64,000 nt of DNA, taken from contig NW_024704743.1 in the NCBI RefSeq assembly GCF_018977255.1, positions 109,928,001 through 109,992,000 on the forward strand. The letters run 5' to 3'. The notes below the pieces were generated by a model. The model did not search any database. It was not told where the DNA came from and saw only the letters and a program-made list of their open reading frames with translations. Positions 24,730 through 36,946 of this stretch are shown piece after piece; the first letter of the stretch is position 1, and the number at the start of each line of letters is the position of its first letter. The position numbers were made by a program, and so were the translations under genes. The stretch comes from Callorhinchus milii (lineage: Eukaryota).

Positions 24730-25142
24730 AATAAATTATAATCCTTGCATTTCATACACTGCCTTATCACATCATTAACACGTCTTAAAGTACCCCATAG
24801 GATTTACTTTGAAGTGTAATGTGAACAGAGCAGCCAATTTGTATACAGCAATATCCCACAAATAGCCATGAAGTGAGTGACCAATTTTATCTGAGGGATT
24901 GTTGGTCAGTACACCAGGACAAATTCCCTTCTCTTTTCAAATTATTTAATGCTCACATGGATAGTTGGACAGGACCTCGGCTTAACATCTCAACCATGCT
25001 CTTCTGACAATGCACACAACCCTTGCGCTGCATTAGAGTATCAGCTTACACCGTATGAGTTCCAACTCCCGATGTGAGGCTTGATCTCACAACCTTCTGG
25101 CTCAGAAGTGAAAGTGTTACCGACTGAGCCAGGCTGACACCA
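24730..25142 (-). mobile_element. Deu-SINE, full length
   Basis: Tail ATAATCCTTGCATTT near 24738; head CTGAGCCAGGCTGACACC at 25125-25142. Confidence 0.85.
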
Positions 25143-25212
25143 GATACAAGTATATGTTGTTGCATTTAAATCATGCTAACATCTCAATCTGCTCTCCCAA
25201 AATGATTTTAAA

Positions 25213-25529
25213 GGTCTGAAATTCCACTTAGTTTTAGACTTACACTTAAAATGTAAGATCATGAAGAACTGTAGAAAATAATTAAATTAAATCTGAATTT
25301 GGAAGCCAGATGAGCCCTGAAATTCTCCCAGTCTTAGGCTATAAGGCCACCTTTTGATGGTCGATGAATAATTGCGTAAATTTTCCTGAAATTCAACCTT
25401 AATTTGGAAGTCGTTTTTCCACAGTTCTGAAAAGGCTTCCAAAAGAAAGACTAAGAATTTTCCACAATTTTACATGACCTTCGATTTTAAGACAAAATAG
25501 TTTCACAGGCTAGGTGGAAACCTTAGGCC
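25213..25529. mobile_element. Possible non-autonomous DNA transposon (MITE) with imperfect TIRs
   Basis: Left end GGTCTGAAATTCCACTTAG versus the reverse complement of the right end, GGCCTAAGGTTTCCACCTAG; a related stretch lies at about 53627-53855. Confidence 0.4.
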
Positions 25530-25836
25530 TCCAAATGCACTAAAATGATGGGTAGATGACAGAATCGGACAGCAAGTTCACACCATCCTCTCCAGTGGAT
25601 AATGAGGCACAGAAAAGAAACACTGAAATGAGCGCAAATCACTGAACTCTGACCATTCAGATGTCTGCAAAAAACATTGGGTGACTTAATGCCTCTGACC
25701 TAATGTCTACTAACATGCTGTTCCCTGGCTGGTATCCGCTGTTTAATTTTGTTGCGGAGAATCATCTCAGAGAGAAGAGGTTTTATGGAATTTACCGATG
25801 GAATAAACATCCTTCCCTGAACAAGCGCTGAGAGAT

Positions 25837-25868
25837 TGTAAACAAGTCACTCGTGTCGCCATGGAAAC
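25837..25868. promoter_or_regulatory. Forkhead site adjacent to an RFX X-box
   Basis: TGTAAACAA (25837-25845) and GTCGCCATGGAAAC (25855-25868, fits GTHNYYATRRNAAC) in repeat-free DNA. Confidence 0.4.
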
Positions 25869-26149
25869 CTGAACTGCAAGCAATCCCCCGCTTGTTAAAT
25901 GAATAAGGCGAAAAGGTTTTTGAATTATTGGTGAATAATATGCCAGTAGATTGTGTGGAATTGGATTTTTTTTTACATAACCTAAATCAGAGAATGTTAA
26001 ATGATCACCCAGTGGTTAACCTCCTGGGCGAGAAGAGGGTGGGCAGGAAAGGGAACGGCGGGCAGGAGAGGTGGGGTGGTGGAGAGGTATGCACGGTTTC
26101 CTTCAGGAAGGCTGGCACCAAAGTGTTATACTTGCCAACAGTGTGTCGG

Positions 26150-26465
26150 AAATGAGTCAACCCACGTTAGCGGTCTCAGTAGTTGGTAGTCTCGATTTTT
26201 GAGCCAGGCGGGTCCACAGTACTCCAGAGCACTGCTGATGACAGACCAGCCAACCTGGCTCACTCCGCAGGACAGGGAAGAGCACTGTAAGCAGGGATTC
26301 CTCCCACTCAGGTTCTGTTAACCCTGCAGGCCAAAGACTTAATGGATACAGTAGCCCTACCTGAACAAGCAGTGGGAAGCTTGCCAGACAGTGCTCTCAA
26401 TGGCAAGCTATGAGGTTTTAGCTGGTTAGATTCCAGCAGCACCCCAAGCAAACACTCTGGACCTT
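26150..26465 (-). repeat. Family X repeat copy
   Basis: Reverse complement aligns by eye with 28460-28770. Confidence 0.75.
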
Positions 26466-26574
26466 TCCAAATGAGTCGCCTCAGATAGTCCCAATCTCCT
26501 GATTGCCTCCCCCCACCCCTTCCACTCTCCCAGTCCACTTCTGATCCACTCCCCCATACCCTTTATTATTTCTT

Positions 26575-27212
26575 TTCTCTGCTGAAACCGTTACCCATGC
26601 ATTCGTCACCTCAAGGCTTGATTACGGGAACTCCCTCCTCATCGGCCTTCCCAACTCTTCCCTTCACAAGCTGCAGATCATCCAAAACTCTGCAGCTCGT
26701 GTACTCTCACGCACCAGGCTCCGGTACCCCATCACTCCCACCCTCGCCCGACTTCACTATCTCCCCATCCCCCAGAGGATCGAGTTCAAGATCCTCATCC
26801 TCACTTTTAAGGCCATCCATAGCCTTGCCCCCTCCTACCTCTCTGACCTGCTGACTCCCTACGAGCCTGCCTGTTCCCACCATTCATCGGGCTCCGGCCT
26901 GCCCCATGTCTCCCGCCTGACCCGCCCTACCATCGGTGGCCGGGCTTTCAGCCTTTCTGCCCCCATGCTCTGGAACTCCATCCCACAGTCCCTTCGCATC
27001 ACTTCCTCCCTTGCCTCCTTCAAGCTCGGTCTCAAGACCTTTCTCTTCGACCATGCCTTTGGTCTCCCTCCCACCTCTCTGCCTTCCCTCACCCCTACAC
27101 CAGCCCCCTCCCCCATGCACGGGGCCCTGACACCTGACTGTTCAGCGCTTTGGGACGTCCTCCCGATGTGAAAGGCGCTCTATAAATGTAATTTTGTTGT
27201 TGTTGCTGTTGT
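26575..27212 (+). mobile_element. L2 3' end
   Basis: HAFVTSRLDYGNSLLIGLP...IEFKILILTFKAIH; canonical tail and (TTG)n. Confidence 0.93.
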
Positions 27213-27429
27213 TAAGAGATACAGTGAAAATGCTGGATGAATACACTCTTCTTTTGGTCATGGTTTCTCCCACCACATCTTCTTCAGCTCCTTCCCTGCC
27301 ACCCCCCACCCACATTCGCAGGTGCTCAGCTAGCTTGCTGAAACACTTTGAGATATCCTCCTGACGTGAAAGATGCTGCATAAATCTAACTTGTATTGTA
27401 TGTAAGCACCTACCCAATTCTGTTCTGCA

Positions 27430-27710
27430 AGGATTTATACAGTCTTCCCCCAATAAGCTGCAGGCAGAGGATTCCACATCCTCAACACCCTCTGAATAAT
27501 ATGGATAATTGTTTTTCTAACCTCCCTTTATTTACTTTTGTGGTTACCTGAAATAAGTGCCCTCTTGTCACTGACTCACCAACCAGTGTAAATAAACAGC
27601 TACTGTTTAGCCTGCCTCAACCCTTGGCCGTTTTGAACACCTTCATTGAGTCAGCCCTTAACCTTTCTCTGCTCCAGTCAAAATGACAATAAACTTTTTT
27701 CGAATCTCCC
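27430..27710 (-). mobile_element. Old CR1 3' fragment
   Basis: GGCAGAGGATTCCACATCCTCAACACCCTCTG is the reverse complement of QRVLRMWNPLP. Confidence 0.65.
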
Positions 27711-28409
27711 TTTTGTGACTGAAACCACATCATCTCCCATGACGTTTTATTGAGCTGCTTTGCAAGCCATTTTCAGCCATTGTAACTGCACATACCACCA
27801 ATTAGAGGGAAATCGGGCAGTAATTGCGTTGCTCTGACTCTCGGATCAGCCTTATGCACACTCCCTGACTAGAGTAGCGCGCAGTTTTGCTTCAATTTAG
27901 ACTTGATTTCAGGCAGTGAATTACTGATTTAATTGTTTAGTGGCACTGGGCGATGTGTCACTGAAAGAAGCTTCTCAGGTAAATGAGTGTAGATTCCGGA
28001 TGAAAAAAATTGTGTGCCATCGGGGGTGTCATGGGAGACAAATATTCCCACACATTTTCGCAAATATGTCCCATATATGGCAGCCATGTGGGATGTTAAC
28101 CTTTTAATTCTGTCACGATTTATATTCACAGTTAATAATTAAAATTGGGGCAAGGTAAGGGGGGGGTGGGGGGTGCTGCAGAATCCACAAGCTTTTCTTA
28201 TCTAAAGTATTAAATATTTCTATCTCGTACAATGTCTGCTTCAATCTTTTTTTGGTCAGACAGGTGTCTGACTCATGCAGAAATCCATGATCTTATGTAA
28301 GATTATTCAAACAGACTGAAAGTTTCACATAGGTATTCCACCTACGTATGGAAATTTCTTTGGGTTTGGAAATGGAATGCGCATTCTCTCCCCAGAGGGA
28401 CGCACCTTG

Positions 28410-28785
28410 CTTACCTAATTCCAGGAGAGTATTAGGAGTAGTTGGCAAGAGCCAAGGCTTAGGGACCCCAGAGTGTGTATTTGAGTAATTTGCTGGCATC
28501 TGGTGAGCTAAAAACACATAGCTTGCCATTGACAGCACTGCCTGGCAAGATTCCCACTGCTTGTCCAGCTAGGACCACCCTACCTGATAGAGCTTTGGCT
28601 TGCAGCATGAACAGGAGCTTAGTTGGAAGAATCTCTGTCCAATGTCTATCCCTCCAAGTCCTGCTGCTGAGCCAAGCTGGCTGTGCTGTCATCAGTAGAC
28701 CAGTGCCCTGGAGTACTGCGGATTTACTTGGCTCAGGAACCTGGACTACCTAGGGTTGACTTGATTATCACGTTTCAGTGTCAAG
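28410..28785 (+). repeat. Family X repeat, most complete copy
   Basis: Begins TTACCTAATTCCAGG; shares blocks with at least 7 other loci in the window. Confidence 0.75.
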
Positions 28786-29002
28786 CATGTCATCTTAGAG
28801 GCAACTCCGCTTGAGGGAAATCCTGCTAACTTGCCCTTTCCATCCCTCAATAATCATTCAACCTTCGCCATACACGTGGAAATGGTCGAAGAATTTAAAT
28901 AAAAAGGGTTATTTTGAACTGTTGAAGGCCTCAGGAGGGGAGGGGGCTGGAGAAAGGGGGGTAAAGAGATAGGGCGAAGCCACGTTTCGAAATGAGATGA
29001 GT

Positions 29003-29311
29003 GGATTCCTGTAGCTTAGTGGGTAGAGCACTTTCTTCGCAAGTGAGAGGACCTGGGTTCGCTTCCCATATGCCTCTGTAAGAACCCGGCTGTTTGTCGA
29101 TTGTAGGATTGCTTTTACGGGGGTATAATCCCTTCAAAATGCATAAAATAATTTGCTCATTCAGTCTACAACTGTTTGTGGGACACTGCTGTGCGCAGTT
29201 GGCTGCCTCATTTCACCCACAAAATATATAGTCAATTCACTTTACAGTATATTCTGTGAAGCGGTGTGAAATGTCTTGAAGACGTGATAAGGCACTATAT
29301 CACATGCAGGG

Positions 29312-29355
<44 letters not shown>
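29003..29355 (+). mobile_element. tRNA-Ala SINE with an expanded (TAT)n tail
   Basis: GGATTCCTGTAGCTTAGTGGGTAGAGC head; about 14 TAT units. Confidence 0.88.
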
Positions 29356-30496
29356 CAGTGTCACCCATTGTGCTTGCCCTGGGAACATCTTGAGTTCAGA
29401 GGTGGTGGAGAATGGACGGAGAAAAGTAACATCGCAAAAATGTTACCTAAAATATCTGTCTCTAAAATATAAAAGCTTTTGCATGTGAAACATCAATGTC
29501 ATTTGGACAGAATTTGCATGACTCCTGTGAAATGCTCTGCAACATAATTCCAATGTGAGAAGTGCTATAGAAAATGTAAGGATTATTATTATTTATAATA
29601 AAAAATTGATGTGAGCAATATGGAACAGCAGCATCAGCAAGTTTCTTTGTAACTATGTAACATGCATAGAATCACTGAGAGGTGGGCCTATACTCCCCCA
29701 CTATATATTTGCCCAAAGACTCAATGCCCAAATGACATTTGGTTTTGACACACAATATGGAATCCAAATAGTGCCCAATTAGACAAGCAGTTGACATAAC
29801 AATAATAATATTTTTTGTTGGTCATTAGACATAAATTTATCTTATGTCAAGACATGTTAACAATATGTAGAAGAAGAAGGTTATCACTCGATCCCTATTT
29901 CAACTGAACGATTACAAAATTTGATCTCTAAAATTGCAGGAATGACATGCAGCACAGAAGAATACCATTGAGCATGAATCAATGCTAACTCCTCCACTCA
30001 AGCTAAGGTCAGTTCCCTGTTGCTTCTCTGTATCTTATCTTGAACATTAAATATGGAAATCTGAATGGGTTTGTAGCAATAACAATTCATAATGATAATA
30101 ACTTGTATTTATACAGCATCTTTCACATAAAATAAGCATCCCAAAGTGATTTGCAGAAGAAATTGATTAGAAATGAATATGAGTTCTAGAGGCAAACACA
30201 GCAGCCTGCAACATTCCATAGAGAACAGCATGAGCAGCCAAATCATTTAAATTCAGGGAAATATTTGGCTGAGGAGGGGATATATAAGCCAGGATAATAT
30301 AAAACATAATGGATGTTTTAAAAAACATAATGAATGAACATAATGAATAATGAACATAATAACAAACACAATGAATGCATGTTTACACAGCTAAGAATAT
30401 TTATTTTCAATGAAGAGGCACCCCTAAATATCAGAATTCTTCATGTTTATCGTGCAGGGTGACCAAAAAGTCTTATTTTTCAACCACTCTATTATC

Positions 30497-30630
30497 TGTT
30501 GTGTGCAATTGGCTGCCACGTTTCTCCCACAAATATACAGTCAATTCACTTTACAGTATATTCTGTGAAGAGCTTTGAGACGTCTAGAAGACGTGGTAAT
30601 GCACTATATCAAAATGCAAGGATTATTATT
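30497..30630 (+). mobile_element. tRNA-Ala SINE 3' fragment
   Basis: GTGCAATTGGCTGCC...CAAAATGCAAGGATTATT. Confidence 0.85.
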
Positions 30631-30675
30631 TCTTTAAAACTTATTAGACATTGTAATTGTATCACAACTTTCTGT

Positions 30676-31030
30676 AATAATAATAATAATCCTTGCATTT
30701 GATATAGAACCTTATCAGATCTTCGAGACCTCTCAAAGCGCTTCACAGAATATACTGTAAAATGAATCGACTGTATATTTTGTGGGCAAAACGTAGCAGC
30801 CAATTGCGCACAGCAGTATCCCACAAACTGTCGTGGATTGACCAATTTTTTTTAAGGAATTATTACCCCCATAAAAGCTATCCACTAATTGATTAATATC
30901 CAGGTTCCTACTTACTGCTACAAAGGCGTGTGGTGTAAGGAAACTTGCCCAACATTTTGCCCTGCCAGGAATTGAAGCCAGGTCTCTCACTTGCGAGGAA
31001 AGTGCTCTAATCACTGAGCTGCAGGACTCC
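30676..31030 (-). mobile_element. tRNA-Ala SINE, long subfamily
   Basis: Head CTGAGCTGCAGGACTCC ends at 31030; tail (TAA)n at 30676. Confidence 0.9.
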
Positions 31031-31045
31031 ACATATATGACGCAA

Positions 31046-31125
31046 TAGGTGTCAGCCTGGCTCAGTTGGTAGCAAGCTCGTATCTGGGTCAGAAGGCTGT
31101 GAGTACAAGTCCCACATTGGGACAT
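31046..31125 (+). mobile_element. Deu-SINE head
   Basis: GGTGTCAGCCTGGCTCAGTTGGTAGC. Confidence 0.75.
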
Positions 31126-32829
31126 GGGAGGTAGAGAAGGGAGAGGTGACAGTGGAAAAAATAGGCTGCAAGGATCATTTAAAGAGAGATAGAGAGGTAG
31201 GCGACATAGAGGGGTAGAGGGAGGGAGTTCCAGAGGTTAGGGGTGTAGAATTTAAATGTTGTGATTGTACTGTCAGGAGTGAAGAGGATTGCCCTCGACA
31301 TATAGTGATGTGGAGAGGGAAGCAGAGGATCAGTGGATCCTGAGTGTTTATAATAATCTTTGCATTTGGTATAGCACCTTATTACACCTTTAAGACATCT
31401 CAAAGCGCTTCACAGAATATACTATGAAGTGAATTGACTGTATATTTTGTGGGCGAAACTTTATACTGAACAAGTGCACTGTGCCTGAAACTAGCTTCAG
31501 GTTGTTTTAGGAGCATGATTCAAGCTCAATGTGCAGCTTAACTCTCTGCACAATTCCTTCCGCAGTGTTAATATGTTGGTATAAAGACAGCATAAAATAA
31601 GATGTCAAGCTAAATCCCAAAGTGTAAGTCGAATCCTCTGCAGTATTTTATTGCGCTATTTATCCATCTCCTTTCTCTTCAGTTTTACGCATGTTAAGTT
31701 TTTCAACAGATAGGGGGATGCTGGCCATTAACTGCAAGATTGGAATTTTTGATTAATATGTAATTCTTCCTGTCTAAAGGGACTGAGTGTATAACGAACA
31801 TGAAACCATTTGTGTCTTAGAGGAGAAAGGACTTCAAAGTCGGCAAGTTTACAATTTCACCTAAGCTAGCTGTTTCCTTTCATCTACAAGGGCGAAAGTA
31901 ATACAATCTTGGAGCAACCTTCCATGGAGACTTAAGGCTCAGTTCAGCGAGTCAAACAACAAGTTTTCAATTTCAAGTTGGCAATATTAACTCTCAGAAA
32001 ACTATTGATTTGTCCACATACCGGATACCACAAGAGAGATTTGGACACCTAAGGTCCTTCAGCCCATTTGATCTCATTGTTTCAGAATAACCAGTTTATC
32101 CTCTCCCTATTCTGCTTCTTAAACAAGTCCTAAACCATGCAACCCTTATTGGAAACCTTTCGTAGTAATCCTGTTATTGTACCTCTCTTTGTACAGTAAT
32201 TCCTCTAAAGTGAGATCTGTTCTCAAGTTGTCCTTCACCCATTACCCCTATTCTAACACCACCCACCCCTCACCCCCAACATGCAGATTTCCATGCTGTA
32301 GGTGATATGAATGTGTGGAATGCTTAGTCTGGTTTGACTGCTTTTGGTGATGGATTTCAGCAGATGCCAGACACCTGGCTGACCAAAAATAAATAAAAAA
32401 GATGCCACAGTTTCCTTCCCTTGTCTAGAATCTACGTTGCCACTTTCATGTTATTTTGTCACACATTGAGATTGAGTTTTGTTGTTTTTATCTCAAGGCA
32501 AACAAAAGCCTAGTTTCTTTCACCAGGAGGTTATAGCCAACCTTGGCAATGCCACCTGATGATGCATTATGGCTGTGACAGATTATTAGTTTACATCATT
32601 CCATACCCATTCCAGAATTTGAATGCAACACTTTGTGGCAAAAAACCTGATTGCTGAAACACAGTGGTACACAGTGAAACCCAATCAATTTGATTTCATT
32701 TGCTACCTCTTAAACTATACATTTAGAGTATTTTGTTTTCAATTGCTCGTTTTAAATTGTGTGCATTGGTTTAAGAGGAGAATAATGCTGATATGATGCA
32801 CATTGTTTTGAAGAGTGAACATTACCTTA

Positions 32830-33670
32830 AATGGGGAACTCTGGTGTAAATTGTGATATTGCTGTAAAGAGTGATACTGGTTTAAATGGTGTAAATAATG
32901 ACACTGGTATAAATGGTGTAAATATAAAATTTATCGATCTCATCACAGCTGTTTGTGGGACATTGCTGTGCACAAAATTGGCTGCCTCATTCACCCACAC
33001 AAAAATACACAGTCACTACACTTTACAGTAAATTTTGTGAAATGCTTTGAGATGACCACCTGATATGAAATGCACTAATCAAATGTAGATACTAATGCAA
33101 GCATAAAATGATGGCACTAATGTAAATGATGACATGGGTATAAACAGGGTAAATAGTGCATGTTGATTTAAATTTATATGGTGGTGCACAGTGTTGTAAT
33201 ACTGCTCACTCGTGTAAATAATGATATTAGTGAAAGCAGTGCACATGGGTATGAATAATAATAATAATCCTTGCATTTGATGTAGCGTCTCATCACCTTT
33301 AAGACATCTCAAACTGCTTCACGGAATATACCGTAAGGTGAATTGACTATGTATTTTGTGGGTGAAACGCAGCACCAATTGGCACAGCAGTGTTGTGGAT
33401 TGGGTGACCAAATTATTATTTTTTAAGGGATTAGCAATTCCCAGAAAACCAATTCACTAATTGACTAACAACCAGGTTCCTACTCAATCCTAGGTAAACA
33501 GAGGTGTGTGGAGTAAGGAAACTTACCCTAAGTTTCACCCTGGCCAGGAATCGAACCCGTAAAACTTGTGTAAATGTTGATCATGTTGTCATCATTGTAA
33601 ATAGTGCAAACTGGTTTAAATGGAAACACTGATGTAAATAGGGACACTGGTGTAAATAGTGACATTGGTT
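32830..33670. repeat. Degenerate 18-bp minisatellite (consensus about ACTGGTGTAAATAGTGAC) broken up by SINEs
   Basis: Units seen at 32836-32925, 33110-33250 and 33565-33670, e.g. ACTGATGTAAATAGGGAC ACTGGTGTAAATAGTGAC. Confidence 0.7.
33255..33560 (-). mobile_element. tRNA-Ala SINE, long subfamily (5' part lost)
   Basis: B box GGAATCGAACCC at about 33547-33558; tail at 33255. Confidence 0.85.
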
Positions 33671-33699
33671 CACCGCCAACTGTGGCAATAGCATCTTCA

Positions 33700-34992
33700 T
33701 ACCTATGCTGCTCCACTGTGCTGCCCACAGCATAGAGATAGTGCTTGTCAAAGCAACAAATTACATCCTCTTTCTCTGTGACCAGGGCTCCCTCTGCCTC
33801 CTCATTCTCCTGGACCTCTATGCCATGTTCGACACAGGATGTCAACCTCGCCATCCTCTTCCACCACTTTTCCTCCCTCATCCACCTTAGTAGGACTGCA
33901 CTCGCATGGTTCGAGTCCTACTTAACAAATCAATACTTCTCGGCAAATGTTTTTTCCTCCTTCCATCGCCCGGTCACCTGCAGGGTACCCCAAGGCTCAG
34001 TCCTTAGGCCCCTTCTTTTCCTTAACTACATGTTCCCTCTCGCCGATGTCATCTGCAGACATGGGGTCAACTTCCACAAGTATGTGGATGGCACCCAAAT
34101 TTCCTTCTCCTTCTCCAGCTGTGACTCTCAGTCCGCTGATGTCCTATCAACTTGTTTGACAGACATCGAAGCCTGGATGAGCACAAATTTTCTGCAGCTG
34201 ATTGTCAGCAAGACGGAAGCCATATTCTTTGCCTCCCGTCAATATCTTCTCTCCTGCAGGTCTCAATTCCTCCCCAGGCTCTCCCTCAGACTCTTCGAAT
34301 CCATGAGCAACTTAGGCATCAGGTTTGATCCCTAGCTTTCCTTTTTACCACACCCATTCCCTAACCAGGACTGCTTTTTTCCACCTCCACCATATTGCCC
34401 GCCTCCATGTATGCCTCATAATAAAAGCAGCTGAAACTCTCGTCCATGCTTTTGTCACTTCCCGGCTGAACTATTCTAAAGCCCTCCTCGCTGGTCTCCC
34501 CAGCTCCAACATACACAAAATCCAATTAATTCAAAACTCCACCATCTGGATACTCATCCGCATTAATCTCCATACCCCTATCACACCAGTCCTTGACAGG
34601 CTCCACTGGCTCACAATGACCAAACGGATCGATTTCAAGAACCTCTCATCCGTTTTCAAATCCCTTCATGCCCTTGCACCTCCCTACCTGTCCAACCTGC
34701 TTAACACCCACTCCCCACCTGTTGCCTCTGCTCAACTGGCTCCAGCTTCTTGTTTGTCTCTCCTGCCGTCCATTCCACTCTCAGTGGCCATGCCTTCAGC
34801 CACCCCGAAACTCCAGAACTCTCTCCCTCAATCCCTTTGCCTTGCCCCCTCCCTCCCTACCTTCAAATCCTGCCTTTTTGATGTGCTTACAGTCGTCTTC
34901 GTCCCCCTGGCTCGTTGTCAAACTCCGCCATTGTAAAGCGCTCTGGACGTTGCTCCATGTGAAGGGCGGTATATAAATGCAAGTTGTTGTTG
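33700..34992 (+). mobile_element. L2 LINE RT and 3' end, degenerate
   Basis: LILLDLYAMFDT, VPQGSVLRPLLF, HKYVDGTQI (decayed YADD), AETLVHAFVTSRLNYS; (TTG)n tail. Confidence 0.93.
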
Positions 34993-35934
34993 TAAATGGC
35001 AAATGGTGCACAACGGTTTAAATTTCTTTTTAACAAAGTATATATTTATTGGTAGTTAGAATATATATTTACATTTATCTCAAAAAATAATCAATTGCTG
35101 TGACAAAAAGAAAAAACGCAACACATTATTATCTCGTTATAGGATGAACAGACTGTGGTGGGGGTGGGGTTACTTCTGCACACTCCACTTTGGTGGAGGG
35201 ACCAAGGCTTCCCCAACTCGGGGTTCTGCCACTCCTTGCAGGGTGCAGTTACAAAGTGGGTCTTGTGTTCCCCTCCCTATATCCGCCTCTCCCACACCTC
35301 TTCATCGGGAATGTGGACAGGTTAGCAACACACAGGATGTGCATACATTTTTGGGATGCTCCCTTCAGACACACATTAGTTTAAATGGCAACACTGGTGT
35401 GAATGAAGCCTACTGCTTTAATTTGTGCCTTTTCTAAGTGGCTGCAGTAGCATTTGGTGGGACCTGCACTCAGGTCCAAGTGCAGCTTACAAGCAAGAAT
35501 GAAAAGTATATCATAGAGTATCTAAGTGATAAAACATATTTTATCCATGCTATTCATTTTCTGATTCAAGTATTCAAACGCAAAGTTGGCTAAAATTGAA
35601 AATGTACGAACTGCTACTGATGCATTGAAATTACCTTTGAAATAACTGGAGAGCTCTAAAAGCTCACATTGCCTGGAAACCATAGAGGGAATCCACTTGA
35701 TGTCAGATTCCTTTCTTCTGAACTCACTAATAGATAGCAATAGTTGTTATTATGATCCAGACAGACAGTAATTTGGAGTCAAGAAATACTCAGAGCTTTA
35801 AAATTCACAATGAATAACAATTGACTGGCTCACATTTTGGAGACTTTGAGAGCCTGATAAAGGAACTAGTGCTTGTTTGCATACTTTTTTCCCAAAGAGA
35901 TAATTGCTGTCATATGTCGTGACTTTGTATTATG

Positions 35935-36430
35935 TGTCGGCCTGGCTCAGTCAGAAACACTCTCACCTCTGAGTCAGAATGCTGTGGGTTCGAGCCCTAC
36001 ATTAGGACTTTGAACTCACAGACTAGGTTGACACTTAAATACAGTACTGTGGGAGTGATGGATTGTTGGAGGTGCCGTCATTCAGTTGAGATGTAAACCG
36101 AACCATCTATCTGTTCAGGTGGATGATAACGATCCTGTGGTACTATTCAATAACAATAAAAAATGCATTTATATAGCGCCTTTCATGTCGGGAGGTATCC
36201 CAAGGCATTTTCAAAAAATTAAGAGAGTTTCTCCTGGTATCCTGCCCAACCATCCCTCAGATAAAATTGTCCATTCACGCCATGGCTGTTTGTGGGACAT
36301 TGTTGTGTGCAAATTGGTTGCTATGTTTGCCTACAAAATACAGTCACTACACTTTATGTTAAACCCTGAGAAGCACTTTGAGACCTTCTCCTCATGTGAA
36401 AGGCATACTAAATGCAGGGATTATTATTAG
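35935..36430 (+). mobile_element. Deu-SINE, full length, with an antisense L2-tail insertion (about 36149-36210)
   Basis: GTCGGCCTGGCTCAG head and Deu core, interrupted by ATGCATTTATATAGCGCCTTTCATGTCGGGAGG. Confidence 0.85.
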
Positions 36431-36439
36431 TCAGTTATC

Positions 36440-36946
36440 TGCAGAGCGACCACATCACTCCCACCCTCGCTCGCCTCCACTGGCTCCCCATCCCCAGAGG
36501 ATCAAATTCAAGATCCTCATCCTCACCTACAAGGCCATTCACGGCCTTGCTCCCTCCTACCTCTCCGACCTACTATCCCCTACCTACCTGCCCGTACCCT
36601 CCGTTCCTCTGGCTCCGGTCTGCTCCACATCCCCCACCCCAACCGCCCTACCATCGGTGGTCGGGCCTTCAGCCTCTCAGCCCCCAGGCTCTGGAACTCC
36701 ATCCCCCAGTGCCTTCGCCTTGTTTCCTCCTTTTCCTCCTTCAAGGCCGGTCTCAAGACCTTTATCTTCGACCGTGCCTTCAGCTCCCCTCTCGACTCTC
36801 TACCCCCTCCTCGCTCCCTCCCTTCCCTCCCCTCACCCTGACCATTTCCCCTTTGCTCGGGTCCGGACGCAACTGTCCAGCGCCTTGGGACGTCCTCCCG
36901 ACGTGAAAGGCGCTCTATAAATGGAATCTTGTTGTTGTTGTTGTTG
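36440..36946 (+). mobile_element. Young L2 3' end
   Basis: DHITPTLARLHWLPIP...; CpGs retained; intact tail and (TTG)n. Confidence 0.94.

Noticed and set aside
33745..34936. Functional reverse transcriptase gene
   Set aside because: Frameshifts, a decayed catalytic motif (YVDG) and 5' truncation; the L2 at 21451-22710 is likewise broken.
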